Below, in pieces: positions 26,337-34,195 of a stretch of 34,195 nucleotides of DNA. Both the position numbers and the translations under genes were made by a program. Positions within the stretch are counted from its first letter, which is position 1. Each line of letters starts with the position of its first letter. The notes under the pieces are model-generated. The model worked only from the letters and a program-made list of their open reading frames with translations. It was not told the DNA's origin and made no database searches. The stretch comes from Candidatus Omnitrophota bacterium (GTDB lineage Bacteria > Omnitrophota > Omnitrophia > Omnitrophales > Danuiimicrobiaceae). The DNA lies in contig JACQQT010000062.1 in NCBI GenBank assembly GCA_016206815.1, forward strand, positions 1 through 34,195, given 5' to 3'.

Positions 26337-26823
26337 TTGACTCGTTGGGTTGCATTTCTTTTACGATTTCACGCGAAAGTTCAAAATCAAATCCTCGGTT
26401 TATCAGGAAATCATAAAGGCGTTTTTTTCGCTTTTGGAAGTCCACGCCTTTTAATTTTTCCCATCTTTCTTCAGCCAGCATCAAAGCCGTATCATGTTCA
26501 GCCTCTTTCGGAAAAGTGTCTAGCGCTTCCTCAATTTCCCCGGTTGCGATCCCTCTTTTTTTCAGTTGCAGGTATACTTTGCGACGCCCGTATTTCTTGC
26601 TTTGGACTGCCCAGTGCACTGTTTCTTGCACTAATTTCTGATCATTTAGGATCTTTTGCTCTTTGAGTTTGACAATGATGCTATCGATCGCCGCTTTAGG
26701 ATACCCCTTTGATAAAAGACGTTTCGACAATTCGGTTTCACTTCGTTTGCTGATGGTAAGAAGCCGGACGGCATACAGATAGCCCTGTTTCCGTTGCGAA
26801 TTGTCCTCTACGTGAGCGCCCAT
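26323..26823 (-). CDS. recX: RecA inhibitor RecX
   Basis: 166-aa three-repeat helical protein (A..LL..R..SE.EL..KL..KGY...). It sits in the canonical recA-recX-alaS position. No SD, and the start lies 13 nt after the recA terminator T-tract. Confidence 0.85.
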   Translation of the reverse strand: MGAHVEDNSQRKQGYLYAVRLLTISKRSETELSKRLLSKGYPKAAIDSIIVKLKEQKILNDQKLVQETVHWAVQSKKYGRRKVYLQLKKRGIATGEIEEALDTFPKEAEHDTALMLAEERWEKLKGVDFQKRKKRLYDFLINRGFDFELSREIVKEMQPNESNENF

Positions 26824-26836
26824 TTAAGTGATCAGG

Positions 26837-26870
26837 AAAAAAATACGGCGGAGGAAACCATCCGCCGTAT
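26837..26870 (-). terminator. Rho-independent terminator downstream of recA
   Basis: On the minus strand: perfect 10-bp stem ATACGGCGGA / TCCGCCGTAT (26861-26870 pairs with 26843-26852), an 8-nt loop, then TTTTTTT (26837-26843). Confidence 0.78.
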
Positions 26871-26914
26871 CAGATTTATTTAGCTTTCCGGAAAGCAAGC
26901 TACGGGAAAATTAT

Positions 26915-28021
26915 TTATGTTTCTGACTCAGAGGAAACCGCAGGTTCGCTGGGCGAATGTTTTTCAGCTGAAGTTCCTGCCAGCACTTTTTCTTTTACTT
27001 TCTGCTCGATTTCATCTAGGAGCTGAGGGTTGTCTTTCAGGAAATAGCGGACTGCTTCCCGACCCTGCCCCAGCTTTTCAGAGTGATAGGCTAGCCAGGA
27101 ACCCGATTTTTCCAGGATGCCGTGATGGATGGCTAAATCGATGATGCTTGAAGATCTGGAAATCCCTTCGTCAAACATGATATCGAATTCCGCAATTTTG
27201 AAGGGAGCCGCACATTTATTCTTGACGACTTTTATTCTCACGCGATTACCGACGACTTCATCCCCTTTCTTGATCGATCCGATTCTTCGGATATCCAGCC
27301 GCATGGAGGCGTAAAACTTGAGCGCCTTCCCGCCGGGCGTTGTTTCCGGATTTCCAAACATCACGCCGATTTTTTGCCGCAGCTGATTAATGAAGATGAT
27401 ACAAGTTTTTGAGCGGTTGATGATGGCCGTTAGTTTTCTGAGAGCTTGCGACATGAGCCTTGCCTGCAATCCCATTTGCGCATCGCCCATTTCGCCTTCG
27501 ATTTCAGAACGAGGGGTTAAGGCGGCTACGGAATCAATCACGATTAAGTCTAGGGCATTTGAACGGACTAACATTTCAACGATTTGAAGCGCCTGTTCTC
27601 CGGAGTCTGGCTGTGAAATCAACAAGTCGTCTAGTTGAACCCCCAATTTTTTTGCGTAGGTAGGATCAAGCGCATGTTCGGCGTCGATAAAAGCAGCCAC
27701 CCCGCCTTTTTTTTGAACTTGAGCGGCAACGCTCAGGGTGAGGGTGGTCTTGCCGCTTCCTTCAGGACCAAAGATTTCAACCACACGGCCCCGAGGAACT
27801 CCCCCAATACCGGAAGCCAAATCCAAGCTGAGCGCACCGGTCGGAATTGCCGGGACATCGGCAAATCTTTCTTGCCCCAAGGTCATAATGGCACCCTTCC
27901 CGAACTGCTTCTCTATTTGACTCAGCGTGAGTTGAAGAGCTTTTTGCTTTTCTTGCGAAGCCTTGTTCACATGTGTTTCCTTTTGTCCCTCTTTGCTGAT
28001 CGCGCGCTTTTTCCCAGCCAT
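26915..28021 (-). CDS. recA: Recombinase RecA
   Basis: [12 protein letters not shown], Walker [10 protein letters not shown], Walker [12 protein letters not shown]1/L2 loops. GGAGAGG RBS. About 20-aa basic N-terminal extension relative to E. coli RecA. Confidence 0.97.
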   Translation of the reverse strand: MAGKKRAISKEGQKETHVNKASQEKQKALQLTLSQIEKQFGKGAIMTLGQERFADVPAIPTGALSLDLASGIGGVPRGRVVEIFGPEGSGKTTLTLSVAAQVQKKGGVAAFIDAEHALDPTYAKKLGVQLDDLLISQPDSGEQALQIVEMLVRSNALDLIVIDSVAALTPRSEIEGEMGDAQMGLQARLMSQALRKLTAIINRSKTCIIFINQLRQKIGVMFGNPETTPGGKALKFYASMRLDIRRIGSIKKGDEVVGNRVRIKVVKNKCAAPFKIAEFDIMFDEGISRSSSIIDLAIHHGILEKSGSWLAYHSEKLGQGREAVRYFLKDNPQLLDEIEQKVKEKVLAGTSAEKHSPSEPAVSSESET

Positions 28022-28047
28022 AACCTCTCCTTTTTCTAAGGTCTTTA

Positions 28048-28075
28048 ATTATACAGACTTAGCTGTTTTTGTAAA
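28048..28075 (-). promoter_or_regulatory. Candidate sigma-70 promoter of recA
   Basis: The minus strand reads TTTACA (28075-28070), a 16-nt spacer, then TATAAT (28053-28048). The -10 lies about 27 nt upstream of the recA ATG. Confidence 0.5.
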
Positions 28076-28077
28076 GG

Positions 28078-28098
28078 AAAAATTAGGCTGGAAAGCCT
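28078..28098 (-). terminator. Weak candidate terminator after the PC4-like gene
   Basis: 5-bp stem AGGCT/AGCCT (28085-28089 / 28094-28098) with a 4-nt loop. On the minus strand it is followed by AATTTTT. It overlaps the stop codon by 1 nt. The stem is short, so confidence is low. Confidence 0.3.
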
Positions 28099-28331
28099 TA
28101 TTTTGAGAAATTTCCAAGCTTCTTTTCACATGCCTGAATCCCCTTCCGCAACTCAGGCAGAAGCTCGAGGGCAATCGTGATCCCCTTTTTCGTGGGAAGC
28201 ATTTCTTCGCCTTCTTTCGGATGGTAGAAGATACGTAAGTCTAGATATTTCCTAGCCTTGTATTCGCGAAGAGAAAAGCGAACCGCATCGTCCTGATTTC
28301 TTTCAAATTCGTATAACAGTTGGTTTTCCAT
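28098..28331 (-). CDS. PC4/YdbC-like single-stranded DNA-binding protein
   Basis: VRFSLREYKARKYLDLRIFYHPKEGEEMLPTKKGITIALELLPELRKGI mirrors the eukaryotic PC4 core (...RDFKGK.LIDIREYW....GE..PG.KGISL....W..L). I prefer the ATG at 28331 (77 aa). The TTG at 28397 would add 22 non-conserved residues and would overlap a near-consensus promoter. Confidence 0.62.
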   Translation of the reverse strand: MENQLLYEFERNQDDAVRFSLREYKARKYLDLRIFYHPKEGEEMLPTKKGITIALELLPELRKGIQACEKKLGNFSK

Positions 28332-28368
28332 TTCACTACCGGGGTTGTGTGGGAGGCAGGAAATATGA

Positions 28369-28397
28369 CTTATAATCATAAACTTATTGATTGTCAA
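28369..28397 (-). promoter_or_regulatory. Candidate sigma-70 promoter for the PC4-like gene
   Basis: The minus strand reads TTGACA (28397-28392), a 17-nt spacer, then TATAAG (28374-28369). The -35 is perfect and the -10 matches 5/6. It lies about 38 nt upstream of the ATG at 28331. Confidence 0.45.
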
Positions 28398-28403
28398 GTA
28401 AAT

Positions 28404-28964
28404 TTAAATTTTATTTTCGGGGGCCGGTGGGTTGACCAATTTGATTCCACGAGCGAGATAGAGTGCGGTAGAAAGAATAGTCAGGCTTACCGCAGGGAGC
28501 CAGATGAGGTGCGCGTAACGCCACCCTGCCAGCAAAACCAAGATCGTTAACATTTGAAAGAAAGTGGTCAGTTTTCCAATCAAATTTGGCTGGATACGAA
28601 TTTGATTGGTGGTTAAAAAAATAATCACAAGCCCGCAGATGATAAATAAATCTCTAAACACAATAATGATCACGACCCAATTTGGCGGTTTCAATATAAA
28701 AGCGCTTGAAAATGTAATTCCTAAGAATCCCGACAAAAGAAGCAGCTTATCTGCGAGCGGATCCAAAAAGGTTCCGAGCTCGGTTTTGCATTTGAATTGT
28801 CTCGCAATTGCCCCGTCCAGCGCATCCGTGATGATCGCAATGAAAAAGATAATCAAAGCGGTCATCCGAAAATAATATTTTTCAGGAGTGTAATAAATCA
28901 GGGAAATCAGGAAGAATGGAACCAGAACAATTCGGAATAACGTAATATAATTGGGGAGGTTCAA
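28404..28964 (-). CDS. pgsA: CDP-diacylglycerol--glycerol-3-phosphate 3-phosphatidyltransferase
   Basis: CDP-alcohol phosphatidyltransferase motif DALDGAIARQFKCKTELGTFLDPLADK. Multi-TM, 186 aa. Start is 3 nt after the smc stop. Confidence 0.88.
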   Translation of the reverse strand: MNLPNYITLFRIVLVPFFLISLIYYTPEKYYFRMTALIIFFIAIITDALDGAIARQFKCKTELGTFLDPLADKLLLLSGFLGITFSSAFILKPPNWVVIIIVFRDLFIICGLVIIFLTTNQIRIQPNLIGKLTTFFQMLTILVLLAGWRYAHLIWLPAVSLTILSTALYLARGIKLVNPPAPENKI

Positions 28965-28967
28965 GGC

Positions 28968-31900
28968 TCAATTTAAAATTTGATTTAGCTCGTTTTTAAG
29001 CTTCTGGTCCGTGTGCTCGATTTCCTTATTTTCAGGTGCTAACCGAACCGATACGATTTTGGAGATGCCCGCTTCTTGCATGGTGACGCCGTATAAAGCA
29101 TCTCCCATTGCGATTGTTTTCCGGCTGTGTGTGGCGATGATGAATTGCGTGGTTGGCAGAAAAGGCTTTAACGCAGAAAGAAATCGTTCGTTGTTCGCTT
29201 CATCCAGCGGTGCATCTACTTCGTCCAGAACGCAGAAGGGAGACGGCTTGACAGAAAACAGTGCAAGAAGAAGCGCAATCGCAGTTAACGCTTTCTCTCC
29301 GCCTGATAGCAAGCTGATATGTTGTAATTTTTTTCCCGGCGGTCTGGCCGCGATATCAAGTCCGGATTCAATGGGATTGCTTTCATCAAGCAAGATGAGG
29401 TCCGCCTGACCACCGCCGAACAACGTTCGAAAATAGTTCCGAAACGCTTCTCGGACATGGACCAAGGTTTCTTCAAAAAGTTTTTTTGTTGTGCGATTGA
29501 TTTTACGAATTGCTTCCAGAAGTGAATCGCGTGCCTCCGTAAGATCCCGTTTTTGGTTCAAGAGGAAGTCATACCTTTGTTTTAATTCCTGATATTCATC
29601 AATGGCAAGCAGGTTCACGGTGCCGATGGATTCCAGTTTTTCACGCAACGTTTCAATTTCCGTTTTGACCTCATCCATTTTTTCCGCTTCCAATGTGTAA
29701 TCTTGCGCGTTGAGAGTTGAAAGATCAATTTTATATCGGCCGCTTAAATCTTGACGGATGGAGTCCTTTTGGTGTGTGATTTCAAGTTCTTTTAAGCTGA
29801 GTTCGTGTATTTTTTGTTTTAATTGCTCTATCGCTTTTGCACTTTCCTGGATCTTTTCAATCGCGCAATTCCGATCACCCAACAGCTGAGCCCTTGATTG
29901 TTTCACTTGCTCTACACGGACCGATTGTTCAAGAAGTTGTTGATTTAAGTGATCTTTGTCCGTTTTGAAATATGAAGTTTGAATCTCGAGTTCTGAAATC
30001 TGGCGAGCTGATTTCTCTCGTTCACTTTCGAGCGATTGGATACGCGTATTGGCATCTTCCAGCTGGCGATTGAGGAATTGGATTGCGTGTGAAACGTCTT
30101 TTTCTTTCTCCGTCTGCATTTCGAGTTTAGATTCCAAAAGTTCCAATCCCCGTTCAATTTCTTCCTGAGCACTCTTTTCGCTCAACATATGTTTTTGAAG
30201 TCGGTCAAACTCAGATTGTGCACGGGCTTGTTCGGCTTCCAGCTTTTCAAGTTGTTTTGAGAGTATTTCTTTCATCTGACGGGACTGTTCAGCGTCTGCT
30301 AAACATTGGCGAGTCTCTTGCTCAAGGAGGCAAAACTCGTCTTTTGCTTGTTTGCGCTGTTCGTCAAAACTTGAGCTTGCTGCTTGGATGCGTTCAAAAG
30401 CGACGCGATAGGCAAGCATTTCGCGATTAAGGTCATTTTCTTTTTGTCGTAGTTCTTTGAGGCGTTGCTCCCCTTTGGTTAGCATGAAGCCGAGCTCAGC
30501 TTCCTGTTGATGCATCACTTCGTTCTCACGGTTGAGACGCGTGTTTTCTTTTTTGCGGGCAAATGTGTTCCGTTCGGGGGTGTATCCGCCATTTCTGAGG
30601 GTAATTTGGAATTCCGGACCTAAAATGGCGCCCGACTTAGAAACCAGTTTCGCGCGTTGCGATAATCTCATGAGTTGGGCAATATTCTCTGATGTAATTT
30701 CGTCAACCACGTAGGTTTTCCCGACGAGGTTTCCAAAAATTCCGTCATAGCCATTTTGGACTCGGATCACATCCCACAAACGCTTTTTGACCAAAGGATG
30801 GGACTGCACTTGATTGTCTGCCGCGAGCGCACCGTTTAAGATGGCCTGATCTCTTACGAAAATGGTTGCATGGTGCGAGCCGGATTGTTTCAACTGTGTG
30901 AGGAGATGGGTGGCAGCTTCCAGATTGTCTGCCACGACCGCTTTGAGAGAATCTGCAAGGGCTGCTTCTGCCGCCAATTCATACCCCGGTTCGATTTCTA
31001 CTAAATCCAGCAAGGTTTTCATCATGCCCTGCTGTGTCGGGTGGGAGCCGTGTTCTGAAACAATCTTTTTAGGATCGGGACCGGCGAGATGATCAATTTC
31101 TTCTAAAAGACGCAACTGGCTCTCGAGCTTTGCAAGTTTTGCTTGGACTGCCGACAATTCGCTTTGAGTGGCTTTGAGATGAAGCTCTAGGTTATCTTTT
31201 TCTTGGGTTACCGCTGTCAAGGCATTGCGGTTTTCAATTACCTTCGCATCGTAGTTTTGATATTCCTCGCCAGCTCCTTTTTGTCGTGCGACCAAGTTTC
31301 GATCCCATCCCGTCAGTTTTGCTTTGGATTCCTTAAGTTCGCTCTGTTTGCGCTCCAATGAAAGCAGTTCCAGATCGGCTTTGTTGAAGGCATTTTTGGT
31401 GTCTGCGATTTGACGCGCCAGCTCAAAAAGAACGGCTTGCTGATTTTCAAGGTCCTGTTTACCGCTTCCCTGGTTTTGTTGCGGAGGTTGATTTAGGAGA
31501 TTTTCTTTCTTTTTGGCTTGTATGTCTTCAATGACAGCGGAAATGCGTTCGCGTTCATTATTTTTCAGATGAATATCCTGATTTAAATTTTCTACGGTTT
31601 TCTTTAACGATTCAAGCTCCCCCAACGCTTTTTCGCAGTTCAGTTTTAGGAATTCAATTTTTTCCCGATGGAAATTTTCCTGGTTTTCAAGTGCGGTAAG
31701 CGCTTGTCTCGTTTCGGATCTGGTATTTTCTTCTTCCAGGAAAGATTGCTCTAGTTGTTGAAGGCGTCCTTCCACCAAACGCGCCGAGGCGTTTTCGCTT
31801 TCCGTTTGTGCGCCCAAAGCGGAGAGCGATTCCTGATGTGCCCTGCGCTCTGTTTCTAGCTGTGCAGTCTGACCATCCAGATTTTGGAATTCAAAGAAAG

Positions 31901-32588
31901 CACGCTGAATTTCCAAATTCTTCAATCGGTCAAATTGTGTTTTGTAACGTTCCGCGCGCTGTGCCTGCCGTTCGGCGTACCGGATGTTTCGCTCCACCTC
32001 ACTTGTGATGTCGTTTAAACGGAGAAGATTTTCTTCCGTTCGTTCCAACTTTCGAAGTGCCTCTTCTTTCTTAACTTTGAATTTTGAGATGCCGGCCGCT
32101 TCTTCAATGAGGGAACGACGTTCTTCGGCTTCAGCATTGAGGATGTAATCAATACGGCCCTGTTCAATCATGGAATAGGAATTGGATCCGATCCCCGTGT
32201 CCAGAATCAGGTCCTGAATATCTTTGAGGCGGCACGGCGTTTTGTTCAGTAGATATTCGCTTTCACCTGACCGGTAAAGCCGCCTGGTGATGACCACTTC
32301 TTCATATTGAACGGAAAGCTTTTGATCCGAGTTATCGATTGTCAGAGATACTTCAGCAAAATTAAGGGGTTTTCTGAAGTCGGTGCCGGAAAAGATAACG
32401 TCTTCCATTCGGGAGCCCCTTAAAAGTTTGGCGCTCCGTTCTCCTAAAACCCAGCGAATGGCATCTGAAATATTGCTTTTCCCGCAGCCGTTTGGTCCAA
32501 CAATGCAGGTGACGCCACGTTCAAAGACAATCTCGGTTTTTTCTGCGAAGGATTTAAATCCGAAGATTTCTATCTTTTTGAGGTACAT
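28968..32588 (-). CDS. smc: Chromosome segregation protein SMC
   Basis: 1206 aa. N-terminal Walker A GPNGCGKSN, long coiled coils flanking a hinge, C-terminal signature LSGGEK and Walker B FCVLDEVDAPLD. Confidence 0.96.
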   Translation of the reverse strand: MYLKKIEIFGFKSFAEKTEIVFERGVTCIVGPNGCGKSNISDAIRWVLGERSAKLLRGSRMEDVIFSGTDFRKPLNFAEVSLTIDNSDQKLSVQYEEVVITRRLYRSGESEYLLNKTPCRLKDIQDLILDTGIGSNSYSMIEQGRIDYILNAEAEERRSLIEEAAGISKFKVKKEEALRKLERTEENLLRLNDITSEVERNIRYAERQAQRAERYKTQFDRLKNLEIQRAFFEFQNLDGQTAQLETERRAHQESLSALGAQTESENASARLVEGRLQQLEQSFLEEENTRSETRQALTALENQENFHREKIEFLKLNCEKALGELESLKKTVENLNQDIHLKNNERERISAVIEDIQAKKKENLLNQPPQQNQGSGKQDLENQQAVLFELARQIADTKNAFNKADLELLSLERKQSELKESKAKLTGWDRNLVARQKGAGEEYQNYDAKVIENRNALTAVTQEKDNLELHLKATQSELSAVQAKLAKLESQLRLLEEIDHLAGPDPKKIVSEHGSHPTQQGMMKTLLDLVEIEPGYELAAEAALADSLKAVVADNLEAATHLLTQLKQSGSHHATIFVRDQAILNGALAADNQVQSHPLVKKRLWDVIRVQNGYDGIFGNLVGKTYVVDEITSENIAQLMRLSQRAKLVSKSGAILGPEFQITLRNGGYTPERNTFARKKENTRLNRENEVMHQQEAELGFMLTKGEQRLKELRQKENDLNREMLAYRVAFERIQAASSSFDEQRKQAKDEFCLLEQETRQCLADAEQSRQMKEILSKQLEKLEAEQARAQSEFDRLQKHMLSEKSAQEEIERGLELLESKLEMQTEKEKDVSHAIQFLNRQLEDANTRIQSLESEREKSARQISELEIQTSYFKTDKDHLNQQLLEQSVRVEQVKQSRAQLLGDRNCAIEKIQESAKAIEQLKQKIHELSLKELEITHQKDSIRQDLSGRYKIDLSTLNAQDYTLEAEKMDEVKTEIETLREKLESIGTVNLLAIDEYQELKQRYDFLLNQKRDLTEARDSLLEAIRKINRTTKKLFEETLVHVREAFRNYFRTLFGGGQADLILLDESNPIESGLDIAARPPGKKLQHISLLSGGEKALTAIALLLALFSVKPSPFCVLDEVDAPLDEANNERFLSALKPFLPTTQFIIATHSRKTIAMGDALYGVTMQEAGISKIVSVRLAPENKEIEHTDQKLKNELNQILN

Positions 32589-32714
32589 AGTTCAACCATT
32601 TTAGCCGTTTACCGTCCGAAGTCCAGCGACTGTTTAATTATCGTCATGAAAGTGAGGAAGTTTAAGATAAAATTCGAAGGAAAAACTTGATGCAGCAAAT
32701 CAGAAAAAACGAGG

Positions 32715-33959
32715 TCAGCCTTCAAAGCGTTTTAGGCAGAGGGCAGCATTATGACCGCCAAAACCCAAAGAATCAGAGAGCGCAACTTTAATTTTAGCGC
32801 GGCGCGGCTCATTTGGCACGTAGTCCAAATCACATACCGGATCCGGGTGTTCATAATTGATAGTAGGAGGGGCAATCTCGTGCTTAATGGCCAATGCCGT
32901 GAAAATAGCTTCTACCCCGCCGGCCGCTCCCAATAAGTGGCCGGTCATGGATTTGGTTGAGCTGACCATGAGTCTTTTCGCCACCGGTTCTGTGAAAACT
33001 TGTTTGATCGCAATGGTTTCCACTTTATCGTTAAGAGGAGTGGAAGTTCCGTGCGCATTAATGTAATTCACTTCTTCAGGCTTGATTTGAGCATCTTGCA
33101 GCGTATTGATCATACAACGGGCGGCGCCTTTGCCTTCCGGGTCCGGAGCAGTCATATGAGTTGCATCCGAGGTCATGCCGTATCCAGCTATTTCGCAATA
33201 AATTTTCGCGTTCCGTTTGAGGGCATGTTCTAACTCTTCTAAAACAACCACACCGCATCCTTCTCCCATGACAAAGCCGTTTCGCGTTTTATCAAAAGGT
33301 CTTGAAGCTTTTTCCGGATGGTCGTTATGAGTGGATAGGGCCTTCATGGCGTCAAACCCGCCGAAACCCAGCGGTGTGATGCACGCTTCCGTTCCCCCTG
33401 CCAACATGATTTGCGCTTCACCCCGTTGAATGATTTTAAACGCATCTCCTATCGCGTGAGATCCGGTTGCGCAAGCCGTAGCAACACAATTATTCGGACC
33501 TTTCAGACCCAATTCAATTGCGACCTGGCCGGGTGCCATGTTCACAATGAGCATCGGGATTAAGAACGGGGAGACGCGGCCTGGTCCTTTTTCAAGCAGA
33601 ATCTTGTGTTGTTCTTCAATCGTATGAAGTCCGCCAATTCCGGAGCCAATCAAAACACCGCATAGATACGGATCCTCTTTTTTAAAATCTAATTCGGCAT
33701 CTTTGATGGCCATTTTGGCACCCGCAACCGCGAATTGGACAAAACGGTCCGACTTTTTGATTTGTTTGGTGGAGAGATATTTCGTAGGGTCAAAGTTTTT
33801 GACTTCAGCGGCGACTTTGGAAGAGAAATGGTTGGCGTCTACTTGCGTCACGCGAGCGGTTCCGCTTTTTCCTTTCAAAACCGCATTCCACGTTTCTTCT
33901 AGATTATTACCGATAGGGGTGAGACAACCAGCTCCGGTGAGGACGACTCGGTACTTCAT
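32715..33959 (-). CDS. fabF: 3-oxoacyl-ACP synthase II
   Basis: Active-site Cys ([12 protein letters not shown]), HGTSTP and GHLLGAAG His motifs, 414 aa. Directly downstream of acpP. Confidence 0.95.
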   Translation of the reverse strand: MKYRVVLTGAGCLTPIGNNLEETWNAVLKGKSGTARVTQVDANHFSSKVAAEVKNFDPTKYLSTKQIKKSDRFVQFAVAGAKMAIKDAELDFKKEDPYLCGVLIGSGIGGLHTIEEQHKILLEKGPGRVSPFLIPMLIVNMAPGQVAIELGLKGPNNCVATACATGSHAIGDAFKIIQRGEAQIMLAGGTEACITPLGFGGFDAMKALSTHNDHPEKASRPFDKTRNGFVMGEGCGVVVLEELEHALKRNAKIYCEIAGYGMTSDATHMTAPDPEGKGAARCMINTLQDAQIKPEEVNYINAHGTSTPLNDKVETIAIKQVFTEPVAKRLMVSSTKSMTGHLLGAAGGVEAIFTALAIKHEIAPPTINYEHPDPVCDLDYVPNEPRRAKIKVALSDSLGFGGHNAALCLKRFEG

Positions 33960-34011
33960 AAAGACCAGGCAAGTGAGGAGGGAAAATTAACATGTTTGAA
34001 AAGAATGCGCC

Positions 34012-34195
34012 TTATTTGGCGGCGCATTTCTCTTCGATGTATTTGATGGCATCTCCAACGGTTTGAATTTTTTCCGCATCCTCATCAGGGATCTCAATTC
34101 CGAATTCTTCTTCGAGCGCCATGACGAGTTCAACCGTATCGAGAGAATCTGCACCCAAATCGTCGACGAAAGATGCTTCAGGCGTGACTTCCTCT
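34012..34195 (-). CDS. acpP: Acyl carrier protein (5' end cut by window edge; missed by ORF track because no start codon is in the window)
   Basis: Manual minus-strand translation gives ...[60 protein letters not shown], with the phosphopantetheine-attachment DSL motif. Stop is TAA at 34014-34012. Confidence 0.9.
   Translation of the reverse strand, partial: EEVTPEASFVDDLGADSLDTVELVMALEEEFGIEIPDEDAEKIQTVGDAIKYIEEKCAAK

Noticed and set aside
26007-26666. 219-aa plus-strand ORF, the longest unannotated ORF in the track
   Set aside because: It lies entirely antisense to the alaS 5' end and the recX 3' end, both of which carry unmistakable family motifs. Its product is low-complexity F/L/R/S-rich with no motif. 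This is a typical shadow ORF.
27635-28039. 134-aa plus-strand ORF overlapping the recA 5' end and promoter
   Set aside because: It is antisense to the most conserved part of recA (the Walker A region), with no motif or RBS. It is a shadow ORF.
28053-28066. ACAG-N6-CTGT dyad between the -35 and -10 of the recA promoter as a possible LexA/SOS box
   Set aside because: Only the outer 4 nt are complementary. Orientation and spacing do not match E. coli-type CTGT-N8-ACAG, Cheo-box GAAC-N4-GTTC or other LexA motifs I can recall. Arms this short are expected by chance.
28332-28397. 22-codon N-terminal extension (MTINKFMIISHISCLPHNPGSE) of the PC4-like ORF from a TTG start
   Set aside because: The residues are not PC4-like, and the segment coincides with a TTGACA-17-TATAAG promoter. 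The ATG at 28331 is preferred, although the longer form cannot be excluded without data.
32589-32714. 126-bp fabF-smc spacer examined for a promoter or terminator
   Set aside because: Only a weak TTAAAC-17-GATAAT combination and a 3-bp hairpin before a T6 run are present. Both are plausible but too degenerate to report as features.
1-34195. Looked for CRISPR repeats, IS/transposase, integrase, toxin-antitoxin pairs, restriction-modification or other defence genes, rRNA and tRNA genes
   Set aside because: None found. Every ORF above about 120 aa that is not a shadow ORF is accounted for by a housekeeping or Bat-type family. I saw no direct-repeat arrays or terminal inverted repeats by eye.

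Overview
Dense, syntenic bacterial chromosome of moderate GC (by eye). I call 29 CDS: 28 complete plus one edge-truncated acpP that the ORF track missed. I saw no rRNA, tRNA, CRISPR array, transposase, integrase or phage-like gene, and nothing resembling a defence island. All calls rest on motifs recalled from the translated ORFs, since no database search was possible.

Layout:
- Plus strand: cca, a tandem-ACT protein and def (4-2369).
- After a convergent gap, everything from 2490 to the window end lies on the minus strand.
- In transcription order: acpP(partial)-fabF | smc-pgsA | PC4-like ssDNA-binding protein | recA | terminator | recX-alaS-hisD-hisB-hisH-hisA-(small membrane ORF)-hisF-hisI-trpE-trpG-trpD-trpC-trpF-(PAS histidine kinase)-(sigma-54 NtrC-type response regulator) | 197-bp gap | dnaK-(BatD-N/DUF4381-like)-moxR-DUF58-(BatD-N/DUF4381-like paralog)-batA-batB-batC-yqeY.

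I do not see a clear-cut new system. The best candidates for a second look are:
1. dnaK, with no grpE/dnaJ nearby, heads a gapless MoxR/DUF58/VWA/TPR Bat-type array. It is preceded by a near-consensus sigma-54 -24/-12 element directly downstream of a sigma-54 enhancer-binding two-component system.
2. A roughly 15-kb, 16-gene array (recX to the response regulator) has no intergenic gap above 12 nt. It fuses alaS, his and trp genes and a two-component system, shows no attenuator or leader, and sits behind a strong recA terminator.
3. An uncharacterised 3-TM ORF is translationally coupled between hisA and hisF.
4. A PC4-like gene with its own near-consensus promoter lies between smc-pgsA and recA.
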